Source: Hydrurus foetidus
Taxonomy: Eukaryota
Assembly: GCA_900617105.1 (NCBI GenBank)
Contig: UYFQ01000004.1
Coordinates: forward strand, 62,001 to 126,000
Length of the DNA stretch: 64,000 nt
Direction: 5' to 3'
Shown here: in pieces, positions 49,458-59,702 of the stretch
Layout: every line of letters begins with the position of its first letter
How positions within the stretch are numbered: the first letter of the stretch is position 1
Made by a program: the position numbers and the translations under genes
Notes under the pieces: model-generated
Databases searched by the model: none
What the model was told of the DNA's origin: nothing
What the model saw: the letters and a program-made list of their open reading frames with translations, nothing else

Positions 49458-52400
49458 CTACTGGCCGTTGAATTCAGGCGCCCGGACAGGGAAGGACACA
49501 GGCCAGACCATTGGCGTGCGTTTACCCACCGGGAACAGTGTCAGCTTGAGAAAGACCTTGGCACGGGTATCCGGCTGGGCACCCTTGCCAGGCTCCGACC
49601 CGGTGCCAATGGGAAATTCCATGCGCAACAATTGGGTGCGCAGATCACCCCGGCCACTGGGGTCCGCTTCGCGCTGGCGCTGGAGCATGCGCACCAGCGA
49701 CCACGTGTCAGTGAAACGGTAGGTCACCGTTTTGCCGTCGACTGTCATGGCGGCTTGCTGGGGGTCCGGCAGGGCGTTACCAGGAATATCCTTGGCAAGG
49801 CGCAGGGTCAACGTCACCGGCATGCCGGGTTCCCAGCGCAACAAGCGAGGGGTATCACGCAGCTTGAGCGTCTGCGGCCCGACATCCAGCGACCAATCGA
49901 TGACCTTGTTGCCTTCCACTTCCGCGACCTGATTGGCACGAAACTCCACCATCACATCGTAGCCAGGCACCATGCCATCTTCTGGGGGGTACAAGGGGGC
50001 AATGAAGGCGCGTACGCGCTCGAACTGGTCGGAGAATTTACGCACGGCCTGTGAATAGGGGGCCGCACGGTTCACCGCCTGCGGGTCCTTCAAGACACGG
50101 GACAGCTTCTCGGACATCTTCAGCAGCTGGTTGACATCTTCGTAATCAGCATCAATCGAGTCTTTGATACCCGGCACCGCAAACGGGGCCCGGCCTGCAA
50201 CCTGCCCATTAAAGGCGTTCGCAAACGCAGACCACTGATCGAGCTGCTCGGCATACCGCAGTTCGTTGCAGCGCCTGAGCAAGGCGTTGTAGACCTGTAC
50301 ATGCCGCTCCGCAAAATAGTCTGCAGGCCGGCTTCCTGGGGACTTCCCGCTCAGCTTTTCAGAGCAGGTGCTACGGTCAGTCTCTGCACCAGCCGTCAGC
50401 AGAAATTGCTCATACATGCCCAGGCTGCTGTTCGGGTTTTTGCTGCGGTACCGTTCCAGCTCGCGGTTGATGGCCTGCCACCGATTGGCTAGCTGCCCAT
50501 CGGTCGATATCTTATCCAGCGACGGCAGGTAGATTTCGGCCTGTCGCCCAAATGCATCGGCGCGGCTGAATTGCAGCGCCAGATACTGCTGCATGGCCTG
50601 GGTATCTGGCACGCCGAATGCCTGCAGCAAGGGGCCGCGATCGCCAGTCCAGTAGTTGAAATCACGGCCACGAATCGCGTAGAGATCAGACTGATTGAGG
50701 CTCTTGTCAATCTGACGCAGGCGAACACTCGCATCCGCAGACACCAGGCGCTGCAAGGTATCTGCTGCGGTATTGGCACCAAGATCCGACAACAGGGCCT
50801 CCACTTTGGAGAGTCGGCCGCGTGCCACGTCAAACGCATTGGCATCGCTCACATTGGCGGCATCTACCCGACCACTCACGGAAAGAGCGTCGACGATGCG
50901 GTCGTTGATCAACCGTGCAAATTGTGTGTTCAGAAATGCCACCACACCGGGGCGATTGGAAGAGGGGAACTTCAGCAACCCCTCAGCCATGAACCGCTTG
51001 TGCATGTCCCCCAATGCCAATGCCTGGTCCAGCTTGGTGACATCCCACATCAGAACACCCTGCGCAGGTATCTCCGGGATATCGCGATCCCCTGGCGGGG
51101 TCATGAAGGGTTGGCCCAGCAGGCCAGCAATCGCGTCACGCAGTCCAAGCCGCTGGACTGAGAGTCCGTAGCGAGCTTCCTTTTCCTGCCAAACGATGTC
51201 GCTTTGTTGCTCGGGGTTGGAGCGCGCAGAGAATTCGGTGGAGAACTTCAAAAACTCATTGACAGCATGCTGGCGCACTTGCTCGGCGGCCTCGGGGCCC
51301 AGCAGTCGTGTCGCCTGCGCAATTCGGTCCAGCACAGCGGCATAGGCCTTGCCAAGGTCGAAGTTCAACTCGTGCATCCAGCCGCCACGGCCAGTGGCGA
51401 GCATATTTTCTTGCTCCCGAATGATGCTCAGGATGTCCTTGTATCCCGCCACCGTCTGGGCAAAACCTGTGACGCGGAAATCGGTCGATAGCAGTCGGTA
51501 GCTCAAGGCAGCCAACTGCCGCTCGAGCACCATGAGGTCGTTGTTGACAAACACGCGCTGGTCCAGCGTGTTCATGCCTTTGACCAGGGAGCACCGTACC
51601 GCCTGCTGCATGTGCATGACACTGACACCGTTGGAGGCGCCCGGCCCAGAATCACTTTTGCGCAGCAAACGCAAGCTTTGCGAGATATTGCTGGGCAACT
51701 CTGCACCCAACGTAAATTTAACCAGCAGGCGCAAATCATTGGCATCGTTGGCCCCGCCCTTTTGCAGGCGCTTCATGGCTTCCACCGCCTGATCAAGCCG
51801 CTCAACCGACGCGATGTATTGCAGCATGGCTGCGAATTCAGCGGTGTCCTCTACCGCCAGAACCGCCTTGTGGGTCGCCCCTACCACGGGTACCGGGTTC
51901 AGGCACTCACCACCAATAATCAGTTCCGAGGTGCTCTCGTCTTGCGCAACGCCTGTGAGCTCGGAGGCTCGTGCATAGAGCTCCCGGCGCAACGTACCAA
52001 TGGCAATTTCGCCAAACTCCCGTTCCACGCGCTCAACGACACGCGAGTCAAGGTTGTCCCAGATGGGCCAGGAACCCGGCATGAACACGGAGAACATTTT
52101 CTGTGTTCCCAGTTCCTCAATAACTCTCAAAAGCGTCAGTGTGCGGGCCCTGTACCATTCGGGCGCGATGGACTCGCCACTGCCCGTCTTCTGCGTTCGG
52201 TATCGGGCGTCTGTTTCAATCTGCTGCAGCGTCGCGCTGAGCTGGTTGCTGCGATGGCTCAGCTGCAAGGTGGCGACAACCAGCCCCACGCTCCAGCCGC
52301 CCAGAACCACCACGGCGGTGAATTGGCCCACGCGGGTGAGCATGGGACGCGCAAGCGGTTGGCGCGACGGACGCGCCAACCCATACTCCATGAATATTTT

Positions 52401-53522
52401 CTTTTCGAACAGATCACGCAGGAACGCGGGCTCCTGCATGAGCCGGGATACTAGGTCAGCGGTATCCAAAGATTCCAGTGCAGGCTCAGCATCGGCCTCC
52501 ACGAACTGCGCGCCAGCAGTTTGCGCAGACTGGCTGCTATCCCCTGTGAAATAGATGCCCCGGAAGAAAAACGGCTCATGGTAAGCACTGGGACGCATGA
52601 GTTCGTCTGTGTAGAGCTGCAATTGGTCACGCAGTGCTTCAATCCGAGTCGGCAGCAAGAAGAAACTTCTGGTGTCGATCAAAGTCTGCTTACTGGAAAA
52701 CAACTCGGCCGACGTATCCGAAATGGTGCGTACCACGCCATCCAAAGCTTCACCGACCCAGGTATCTTGATAAGTGGTCGACAGGTCATAGGGCGAGGAC
52801 CACCCCAGCATGCCCGCGCGCATGGGCTCTGGCAAGGTTCGGGCAAACGCAGAGAAGCCCTCAATCTTCTCGCAACCCGATATCGCGACATACACCGCAA
52901 AGCGCATGGCAAACCGATTTTGGGCGAGCCACAAACGGCGGTGGGCCAACCGTGCCATCTTGCCCAACTCCAGCGCAGCATCCGGGCTCGCGTCTGTCAG
53001 CATGGCTGCTGGCACCGTGATCACCACCGAATCAAATGGGCGTTGGGGACGGTATTTATGGCACAGACTTAAAAATTCGTCCCACGGTTTCTCGGCTGCA
53101 TTTTCGTCATCCGGAGACCCCAGATAGGCGCCCTGCATTTCCACAACAACGCCCTTGTCGAAGAAATGCCAGGAGATACCCTGCGAAGTGGCAGCGGACG
53201 CAGCTTCGGAGCTCAAGGCGCTTGGCACGCCCGACTGCTCAATAGGCAAGCCGCGTTGGTCCAAGCCTTCATTCAACACCAGCACCCATGGGATTCCGTA
53301 GCGTTCTGATCGTGCGGCAATATTGCCCTCGATCAACTCGACCGCCTGACGGAAAGAATTGCGCAGGGAGTCGAAGCGCAACTTGGCCAGCTTGGGATCA
53401 CTGCCGGGTTTAGCAGAAGCGCTGCGCATGGCGAAATAAAGCACCAGTCCCAAGACCGCCAAGACGATCAAGGTCAGTAGGGCGAGCGATGCAAGAAACA
53501 GGTTATCCCGCAAGATACTCAT
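49458..53522 (-). CDS. tssM: TssM/IcmF-like membrane-complex protein, atypical
   Basis: IPW.LVL, W.FFDKGVV, RPQRPFDSVV, RF.VYV.ISGC....GF..F, FFRGIYFTG, F..DLF..KIF.E; TM helix near aa 400; follows tssL. Confidence 0.82.
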   Translation of the reverse strand: MSILRDNLFLASLALLTLIVLAVLGLVLYFAMRSASAKPGSDPKLAKLRFDSLRNSFRQAVELIEGNIAARSERYGIPWVLVLNEGLDQRGLPIEQSGVPSALSSEAASAATSQGISWHFFDKGVVVEMQGAYLGSPDDENAAEKPWDEFLSLCHKYRPQRPFDSVVITVPAAMLTDASPDAALELGKMARLAHRRLWLAQNRFAMRFAVYVAISGCEKIEGFSAFARTLPEPMRAGMLGWSSPYDLSTTYQDTWVGEALDGVVRTISDTSAELFSSKQTLIDTRSFFLLPTRIEALRDQLQLYTDELMRPSAYHEPFFFRGIYFTGDSSQSAQTAGAQFVEADAEPALESLDTADLVSRLMQEPAFLRDLFEKKIFMEYGLARPSRQPLARPMLTRVGQFTAVVVLGGWSVGLVVATLQLSHRSNQLSATLQQIETDARYRTQKTGSGESIAPEWYRARTLTLLRVIEELGTQKMFSVFMPGSWPIWDNLDSRVVERVEREFGEIAIGTLRRELYARASELTGVAQDESTSELIIGGECLNPVPVVGATHKAVLAVEDTAEFAAMLQYIASVERLDQAVEAMKRLQKGGANDANDLRLLVKFTLGAELPSNISQSLRLLRKSDSGPGASNGVSVMHMQQAVRCSLVKGMNTLDQRVFVNNDLMVLERQLAALSYRLLSTDFRVTGFAQTVAGYKDILSIIREQENMLATGRGGWMHELNFDLGKAYAAVLDRIAQATRLLGPEAAEQVRQHAVNEFLKFSTEFSARSNPEQQSDIVWQEKEARYGLSVQRLGLRDAIAGLLGQPFMTPPGDRDIPEIPAQGVLMWDVTKLDQALALGDMHKRFMAEGLLKFPSSNRPGVVAFLNTQFARLINDRIVDALSVSGRVDAANVSDANAFDVARGRLSKVEALLSDLGANTAADTLQRLVSADASVRLRQIDKSLNQSDLYAIRGRDFNYWTGDRGPLLQAFGVPDTQAMQQYLALQFSRADAFGRQAEIYLPSLDKISTDGQLANRWQAINRELERYRSKNPNSSLGMYEQFLLTAGAETDRSTCSEKLSGKSPGSRPADYFAERHVQVYNALLRRCNELRYAEQLDQWSAFANAFNGQVAGRAPFAVPGIKDSIDADYEDVNQLLKMSEKLSRVLKDPQAVNRAAPYSQAVRKFSDQFERVRAFIAPLYPPEDGMVPGYDVMVEFRANQVAEVEGNKVIDWSLDVGPQTLKLRDTPRLLRWEPGMPVTLTLRLAKDIPGNALPDPQQAAMTVDGKTVTYRFTDTWSLVRMLQRQREADPSGRGDLRTQLLRMEFPIGTGSEPGKGAQPDTRAKVFLKLTLFPVGKRTPMVWPVSFPVRAPEFNGQ

Positions 53523-54277
53523 TTGCCACCTTCCTGGCTTGTACTGGCACCAGTTTGTAGTACGTCACGCACGGGCCACGACTGCCATAGCCACAACAAT
53601 TCGGATACGGCCAAAAGCCCCAGTATTCCCACCAGAAAAATGACCGACCAGCGACTCAAGGTAGGCATCTTGCGCGGCGAGAGATGCGACAAGGTACTGG
53701 CATACGCGCGCTCGGACAGCACACGGTCACGCCCCGACAAATCCGCCTGGCGCTGGTACACAAACTGGAACAACTCGGCACGGTAGCCGGCGAAGCGTTC
53801 GGTAGCGGCGGAGCCGCGGAACCGCCCCTGAAACCCTAAAGCCAGAGCAAACAGATAGAGGGCGGCAATCGGTCGTAACGACGGCTCCCGATTGGAGAGC
53901 AGTTCTTCGATTTTTTCAAATATGCGATCACCCGCGAAGCTCGTGCGGAACAGTGAGGCCTCCAGCAGATGGTCGGTCCAGCGATCGCGGCCAATCCATT
54001 CCGTATTGAGCAGAATTTCATCAGCCAGGGCCGCTTTCAGGTATCGCGCATCGGCAATGCTCTGCAATTCCGAACGGCTGCCTTCGCGTTTGGACTCCAG
54101 CGTCTGGAGTTCGATCAATTGCTCCAGATCCTTGCTTACTGCGGCCGCAGCGGCATCGGGGTTGATCTCCCGCATCTCGATCGCACGTGTTTGCGCCTTG
54201 GAAACCTCTGCAAAGAACGCGCGAAATTGCGCGATCAAATGGTCGTCTTCGTGTTTGTCTCGGATCTGACGGGCCAT
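53519..54277 (-). CDS. tssL: TssL/DotU family protein (no OmpA domain)
   Basis: RY..AALADE, W....LE..LF....AGD..F, LALGFQGRFRG, C-terminal TM helix; ATGA overlap with tssM. Confidence 0.9.
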   Translation of the reverse strand: MARQIRDKHEDDHLIAQFRAFFAEVSKAQTRAIEMREINPDAAAAAVSKDLEQLIELQTLESKREGSRSELQSIADARYLKAALADEILLNTEWIGRDRWTDHLLEASLFRTSFAGDRIFEKIEELLSNREPSLRPIAALYLFALALGFQGRFRGSAATERFAGYRAELFQFVYQRQADLSGRDRVLSERAYASTLSHLSPRKMPTLSRWSVIFLVGILGLLAVSELLWLWQSWPVRDVLQTGASTSQEGGK

Positions 54278-54301
54278 GCGCAAATTGCTCCTGTTTCAGT
54301 C

Positions 54302-55630
54302 TCAGCCTTTGACGAACAGCACCATCTCTTGAGGGCGCTGCGCCGTGGCGCTTTCCGCAGAATTGCTAATTACCAATGCCTCAGCGGTCAATATCAATGC
54401 TTCGTCGAGCTTGATGGAAAACAAGGTGTATCCGGCACTCGCACGCACCCCAAGCTCTTTGGACGATTCAATGAATGTCCGCTCTGCACCCAATACCCTG
54501 CGCTCACGCAGGGAGCCATAGGTGGACTGTGATCCGACAATGGCACCTTCCATCCAGGCGATCAATTCACGCTCAGGCTGACCGCGCAAGCCCACGATGA
54601 GTTGGGGCGCCATCCACTCGCCCAGCAGCACAATCTCAAACGCCCCGTGGCGGAATTCGAACTTGAATTCTCGGTAGTCTTGGCTGATTTCATCCAGAGC
54701 CCCCTGCAACGCAGCCAACACAGGGGTCAACGTGGCCAAAGGATCGGCGTGATCGTATTCCGGCGGCACCGGAGGCAGTCCACCGGGACGCAGCAAACTT
54801 AATGGGCCCAAGAGACTGCACAGAGACAGAAACAATTGGTAGGGGTGCAAGGCGGGCGTACGCATGACCGCCTCCACCAGCGGCAGACCCGTCATCAGGT
54901 TGCGCAAGCGTTCGCGTTGCTCCAGATAGGCCAAGCGGTCTTCCGTACGCGAAGATGGCACCGCGGTCTGCTTGGCCACAAAAGCCGCTTTGCCACGCAA
55001 TTGCGCCACAAACGTGGCCAAACGTTCCCATAGATCACCCTCTTTGGCAACCTCCAGCAGGGGCGGCAATGTTGCGCCCAATTTGGTCACCTCATTGTCC
55101 TTGAACACGGTGACCAACCTGAAGCTGGTGTAGAGACCGGACGGCGCGCCCCCCGCAACAAGCGACAAATGGGGAAGCAGGCGCGGCACATCGGCAGGCA
55201 AGGCCTCGGAAACCTCATCCTCGACTGCAACGGTCGCTACCGAGCGGAATCGCGAAGGTGTGCCACTAAAACGCATGCTGGACGAAACCGGCAAAGCGAG
55301 ATGGATATCCAGAGCCGCATTCGACATGGCCACCGCATGGGGGCCCAAATCCAGCTCCAACACGCCGTGCTGCGCATCCTGCGCAGAATAAACCACCGCC
55401 GTGCCATCCGGCATGACCGCTTCCAACTGGCTTACTCGCAAGATCCCTGCCGCCAACAAGGCGGTATCTATCTTGAGCCGACGCACTCCCCAGGCAAACG
55501 GAACCGCCACCTGGATCTGCCAAGCCAGCAACGCATCGACACGCCCCGACTCTTGCTGGAAATGCTGAGGCGAGAGGAGCATGCCCTCATGCCATTGAAT
55601 CCGCGCTCGCGGCTGACTTGGGTTATTCAT
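54302..55630 (-). CDS. tssK: Type VI secretion baseplate subunit TssK
   Basis: WHEGMLLSPQHFQQ, WGV..L, MPDGT, HP..L...L, YDH.D. Confidence 0.92.
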   Translation of the reverse strand: MNNPSQPRARIQWHEGMLLSPQHFQQESGRVDALLAWQIQVAVPFAWGVRRLKIDTALLAAGILRVSQLEAVMPDGTAVVYSAQDAQHGVLELDLGPHAVAMSNAALDIHLALPVSSSMRFSGTPSRFRSVATVAVEDEVSEALPADVPRLLPHLSLVAGGAPSGLYTSFRLVTVFKDNEVTKLGATLPPLLEVAKEGDLWERLATFVAQLRGKAAFVAKQTAVPSSRTEDRLAYLEQRERLRNLMTGLPLVEAVMRTPALHPYQLFLSLCSLLGPLSLLRPGGLPPVPPEYDHADPLATLTPVLAALQGALDEISQDYREFKFEFRHGAFEIVLLGEWMAPQLIVGLRGQPERELIAWMEGAIVGSQSTYGSLRERRVLGAERTFIESSKELGVRASAGYTLFSIKLDEALILTAEALVISNSAESATAQRPQEMVLFVKG

Positions 55631-55696
55631 TGCCGGCCTCCTGTTGCTGATCCACGGCGAAAGTCTTGGTGTCGATCAACATGGAGGCTCCCGAGT

Positions 55697-56203
55697 TCAT
55701 TTGAGGGACTGCGCGGTAACCGTGAAATCACGGGCACCCAGTTGAACCAACACCGTACCCTGCAGCTGATCAACCCGGATTCGATGCTCGCCAGGCGTCA
55801 AATAGTCGGCATACATCACAACACCGGCCACCCGTGCAGACCCAAAATCTGCAGCTGCAATACGCAAGGTCTGTCCCGGTGCGACCTCAAAGCTCTTGTA
55901 ATTGATCGCCTGTGGGAAGGTCTTTTCCATCTCACCCCGCGTCGCGAACCACTTCGCCGCAGGCATACTTATCAACATGTTCAGTGAGGCCTCATCCTTA
56001 AGGACCACCACATCAAGGGCCACCGGGCTATTGAGGTTGGCGTCATTGGCCGCCAGGATAGTGACACTGTCCCATGCCAGTTTCACACCTTTCGGCGACG
56101 CGAAATCCATCATCCCTTTGGGAATGATGTAGTCCAAGACTCCACAGGCCGTCAGGTTGAGCAGTGCTAGGGTGAGGAGGGCGGACTTTAGAAATGTATT
56201 CAT
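55697..56203 (-). CDS. tssJ: TssJ-like outer-membrane lipoprotein
   Basis: Lipobox LTAC, DANLNSPVALDVV, E..PGQ, ADY..PGEHR; immediately upstream of tssK. Confidence 0.72.
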   Translation of the reverse strand: MNTFLKSALLTLALLNLTACGVLDYIIPKGMMDFASPKGVKLAWDSVTILAANDANLNSPVALDVVVLKDEASLNMLISMPAAKWFATRGEMEKTFPQAINYKSFEVAPGQTLRIAAADFGSARVAGVVMYADYLTPGEHRIRVDQLQGTVLVQLGARDFTVTAQSLK

Positions 56204-57687
56204 TTTGCGATAGAAGGATTATCCACTAGCAATTCACCAGAAAGAGTGGTCACAGGCCGCCCTGATCCCGGGCTACCTGTTCTTTGTCCCACGGTGATCC
56301 CGATGACCACAATCAAGCTGGCCAGCGCCACTCCACACAAAACTGCAAACGACGCGCTCTTGCGCGTAAAGGCGAACTGAACGGGGGCAATCACAGCCGT
56401 ATCTTCGGCCTGCTTGACCTCCGTCCGCTCAGAAGGCAATCCTCTGCACACGAGAACGATCAGGACGCAGCAACAGAGGGTAGAAAGCAAATTGCGTGGT
56501 GCCTCACAAATCAGATCAATAGCAAGGAACAGTGCCAGCGCAGCCTCGATAGGCAAATTCAGCAACGACAACACCACGCTGCCCGAGCCAACCACAGCAA
56601 AGCTGCTGGCCCCAGCCGACGCAAACGCCGATAACGTGGCGCCTACACAAATCAGCATCAACTCGGTACCGTCCAGCGTTTGCCCGTAAACATTGGCAAC
56701 AAAAACCGCCAGCAGTGCAAAGTAGACGGCAGAGCCCGCGCGGACAAAAATAGACGCTGCAGGCACCACCAGCTCCACAATGCCACGGCTATAACCCAGC
56801 TTGGCACTCATGGCACGAATGGTGTCGGGCACGGCCGCCGTGGAACTGGCCGACGTCAAACTGATCAACGCGGGCGTCTTCAAACACGACAAGACGGTCA
56901 ATAGCGGTATCGCGGAATTTCGCCACACCAAAATCGTGGCCAGCACGGCCAGTAACACGGACAGCGCAGCGAACGCCACAAGGAAAGAGCTCATGGCCCG
57001 CAAAACCTGGGCATCCGCACTGGCAGCAAAATGCGCCGCAAGACCAAAAACCAACACCGGGATAAGCAAGTTCACCCGCGAAATAATCATTTCAAATGTG
57101 CGGTAGATCGCCTCAAAAATTCCCATCAGCGCATTGCTGCGGGCCTTACCCATAGAGGCAAAGGCGAGTCCAAACAGGATCGCGCAAATGAGTATCCCGA
57201 GAGGTTGCCCCAGGGCCAGGGCTTTGAAAAAGTTGTCCGGTAGAAAAGCCCCCCATGCGTGGACCGCTCCTGCCGCGCTTGGGATGTCCGCATCAAAAAG
57301 GGAGAACTCTGCATTGCCAGCAGCCGAACTCAGCACCACAGCCCCCAAATAGGCCCTGTTGGTGGCATTCAAACTGCTCCCAGGGTCCGTCAAGTATCCG
57401 AAAAATGTACCCAGCGTGGCCGACAGAAACACCAGCCCCACGGCAAACACCACAATCATCAGGCTTCTGCGGGCCGGCATTGGCAAGGCCAACGTCTGGC
57501 GCAAACCGAAGAAAGTGGCGACGACCATCAAGGGGATCGCCACCATGTTAATCAACGCAAGGTAGACCTGCCCCAATACAAACGCAGGTTCCGCGACGCC
57601 AGGAGCGGCGCTACCCGCCACCGCACCGGCCAACAGGCACAGCAGCAGCATGAAAGGACTGGACGCGAGCGTTTTCAGGAGTCCCAT
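56200..57687 (-). CDS. DAACS/SLC1 (dicarboxylate/amino acid:cation symporter) family protein 2, degenerate motifs, extra C-terminal TM helix
   Basis: Y..L..M..IP, PDNFFKAL, FGLA, SASS.AA.P, LP.....LFLAID...E..R. ATG 57687 preferred over GTG 57702. Confidence 0.85.
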   Translation of the reverse strand: MGLLKTLASSPFMLLLCLLAGAVAGSAAPGVAEPAFVLGQVYLALINMVAIPLMVVATFFGLRQTLALPMPARRSLMIVVFAVGLVFLSATLGTFFGYLTDPGSSLNATNRAYLGAVVLSSAAGNAEFSLFDADIPSAAGAVHAWGAFLPDNFFKALALGQPLGILICAILFGLAFASMGKARSNALMGIFEAIYRTFEMIISRVNLLIPVLVFGLAAHFAASADAQVLRAMSSFLVAFAALSVLLAVLATILVWRNSAIPLLTVLSCLKTPALISLTSASSTAAVPDTIRAMSAKLGYSRGIVELVVPAASIFVRAGSAVYFALLAVFVANVYGQTLDGTELMLICVGATLSAFASAGASSFAVVGSGSVVLSLLNLPIEAALALFLAIDLICEAPRNLLSTLCCCVLIVLVCRGLPSERTEVKQAEDTAVIAPVQFAFTRKSASFAVLCGVALASLIVVIGITVGQRTGSPGSGRPVTTLSGELLVDNPSIAK

Positions 57688-58391
57688 CCCGGCCTGTTCC
57701 ACCCACGTTCGAGGGCATACGCGACGCTGGCACGCGCCAACTCAAGGGAACTGTCAATCAAGATCAAGCCGGCAGTGTCCGCGTGGCGAGAGGCAATGGG
57801 GATTTCGGTGCACCCCATGATCAGTGCCGTGGCACCTGCGGCTACCGCTGCGGCACAAGCGCGCTCTAGGGACGATCCGGCCACGTCAAAGCGCCCGGCC
57901 TTAACTTCGCGTATGCACAGATCCACATCCTCTTGGCCTCGCACAGGGTCAGGCGTAAGGTAGTCAATGCCCTGCATCTCCAATGACCGCTGGTAAAAGC
58001 CCGATAGCAACGCCCCCCGAGTCGCAAAGATGGCAACGCGTGTAGCTTGCGATCTCGGCACGACGGCCACACTGACTTCGGCGATGTGCAGCAAGGGCGC
58101 ATTGCTACGCTCACGCAACTGCGCAAACCAATGGTGCGAAGAATTGCAGGGAATGGCGATGACGCCAACACCGGCGTGGTTGAGCAAGTCAACACCGGCT
58201 AGCAGCTGCGGGAGGGGGTCGGGGCCATGACCCAGGATGGCTCTGGAGCGGTCATGCGTGTGAGGCAGGCTTGCAACCAGTACCGGGATGTGATCTTGGT
58301 CGCGCGTAGCAGGGGTCAGTCGCACCAACTTCTCCATGAAGTCGACTGTTGCCAAGGGTCCCATTCCGCCAAATACACCGATTCGTGCCAT
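57675..58391 (-). CDS. Aspartate/glutamate racemase family protein (PLP-independent, two catalytic Cys)
   Basis: IGVFGGMGPLAT, DQDHIP, IPCNSSH, MGCTEIP, IDS; no signal peptide. Confidence 0.92.
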   Translation of the reverse strand: MARIGVFGGMGPLATVDFMEKLVRLTPATRDQDHIPVLVASLPHTHDRSRAILGHGPDPLPQLLAGVDLLNHAGVGVIAIPCNSSHHWFAQLRERSNAPLLHIAEVSVAVVPRSQATRVAIFATRGALLSGFYQRSLEMQGIDYLTPDPVRGQEDVDLCIREVKAGRFDVAGSSLERACAAAVAAGATALIMGCTEIPIASRHADTAGLILIDSSLELARASVAYALERGWNRPGWDS

Positions 58392-58404
58392 CCTGCGTGC
58401 CCCT

Positions 58405-59682
58405 CTAGATCTTTAGGGGTTTTGCGCAGACCACGGAGACCGCAGCACTGTTGCCGATGACCAAGACCAGCGTGCGTAGCATGTCGCAAATCGGATCCAC
58501 AGCCAAAAAGAGGATGAACGCCGCCTCAAATGGCAGCCCCAAATAGCTGCAGGTGAGACCGACAAGCGACACCGTCAGCAAGCCTGTCATCCCTGCCGAC
58601 GCAAAGCCGGCCAAAATGGAAGCCGCCATGACAATACCTAGCTCGCTCGGCCCAAGTACGCGACCGTAGAGCTGTGCAATGAAAATAGTGGCGGCCACGT
58701 AGTAAATAACGGGGCCTACGCGGAGCAACGACACACTCAATGGGACCAGCAACTCTACCCGGGACCGGGCAAACCCCAAACGATCCACCAACCCCTCAAT
58801 CATGATGGGCATGCAGGTGGCGCTGCTGCGCGTAGCAAGCGCCAAAGCAAAAGGCCCCCGTAAAGCCCCCAGAGTCTGACTCAAACTGGCGTTTGACCGC
58901 TTCCAGATAATGAGAGTCGCCAAGGCGAGCGCCAACAGCGAAGCGACTGTAAAAGTCAAAACAAACTGTGCCATAGCCTGCAGTGGCCCCAGCCCGGTCT
59001 TCGCCATCTGCGAAGCGCTCATGCACAACAAGATGATGGGCAGAGGGTAGTTCAACCATCGCATGAGTGTTTGGCACGCGTGGTAAATCGTTTCCAATGA
59101 ATAGGTCAGTCCATCTGCGATGCGCGATGGCACTTGCCCGACCGCAAAGCCGAACATCAAGGCGAACACCAACGCCTTGAGCGTCTCCCCCCCCGCCAAG
59201 GCCGCAAAAATGTTGGAGGGCACGATACTTATCAGTACGTCCGCAAAATTGACCGACTTGGCAGGTGCGTCCACGCCCTGCAGACTCATCACGGTATCGC
59301 TGGAGTTGAGGTCGTTGCCTACGATCTTGCCAAAGGTCTGCCGTGTCTGGATAGACAAATCCTCACCGGGACGAAGCACCAGCAAAGTGGCGGCTCCCAA
59401 GGCCGCAACCACTATAGAGAATATGACAAACACGGCCCCGACACGCGCCAGCAAGCTTCCAGCACCTCCTTCGCGAAACAGCCGCTGCAAGCTGAATATC
59501 ACCGCAGACACCATGAAGGGCAAGGCAATCATTTTGAGCAAGTCGACATAGACGTCGCCCACAATGCCCAGGTTGCGCGCCAGAGCTGGTTGGTACAGCC
59601 CCAACGCAAACCCGGCTGCCAGCATGGAAAGAACGATCCAGGGGTTAAGTGCGAGTGCGTAGAGTTTTTTGGAATCAATCAT
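58405..59682 (-). CDS. DAACS/SLC1 family protein 1
   Basis: GD.Y..LLKMIALP, IVPSNIF.AL, ATRSSATCMP, G.ASAG, AVDPICDMLRT...VIGN. Confidence 0.9.
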   Translation of the reverse strand: MIDSKKLYALALNPWIVLSMLAAGFALGLYQPALARNLGIVGDVYVDLLKMIALPFMVSAVIFSLQRLFREGGAGSLLARVGAVFVIFSIVVAALGAATLLVLRPGEDLSIQTRQTFGKIVGNDLNSSDTVMSLQGVDAPAKSVNFADVLISIVPSNIFAALAGGETLKALVFALMFGFAVGQVPSRIADGLTYSLETIYHACQTLMRWLNYPLPIILLCMSASQMAKTGLGPLQAMAQFVLTFTVASLLALALATLIIWKRSNASLSQTLGALRGPFALALATRSSATCMPIMIEGLVDRLGFARSRVELLVPLSVSLLRVGPVIYYVAATIFIAQLYGRVLGPSELGIVMAASILAGFASAGMTGLLTVSLVGLTCSYLGLPFEAAFILFLAVDPICDMLRTLVLVIGNSAAVSVVCAKPLKI

Positions 59683-59702
59683 GAGGAAACGTCCATCAGC
59701 CT

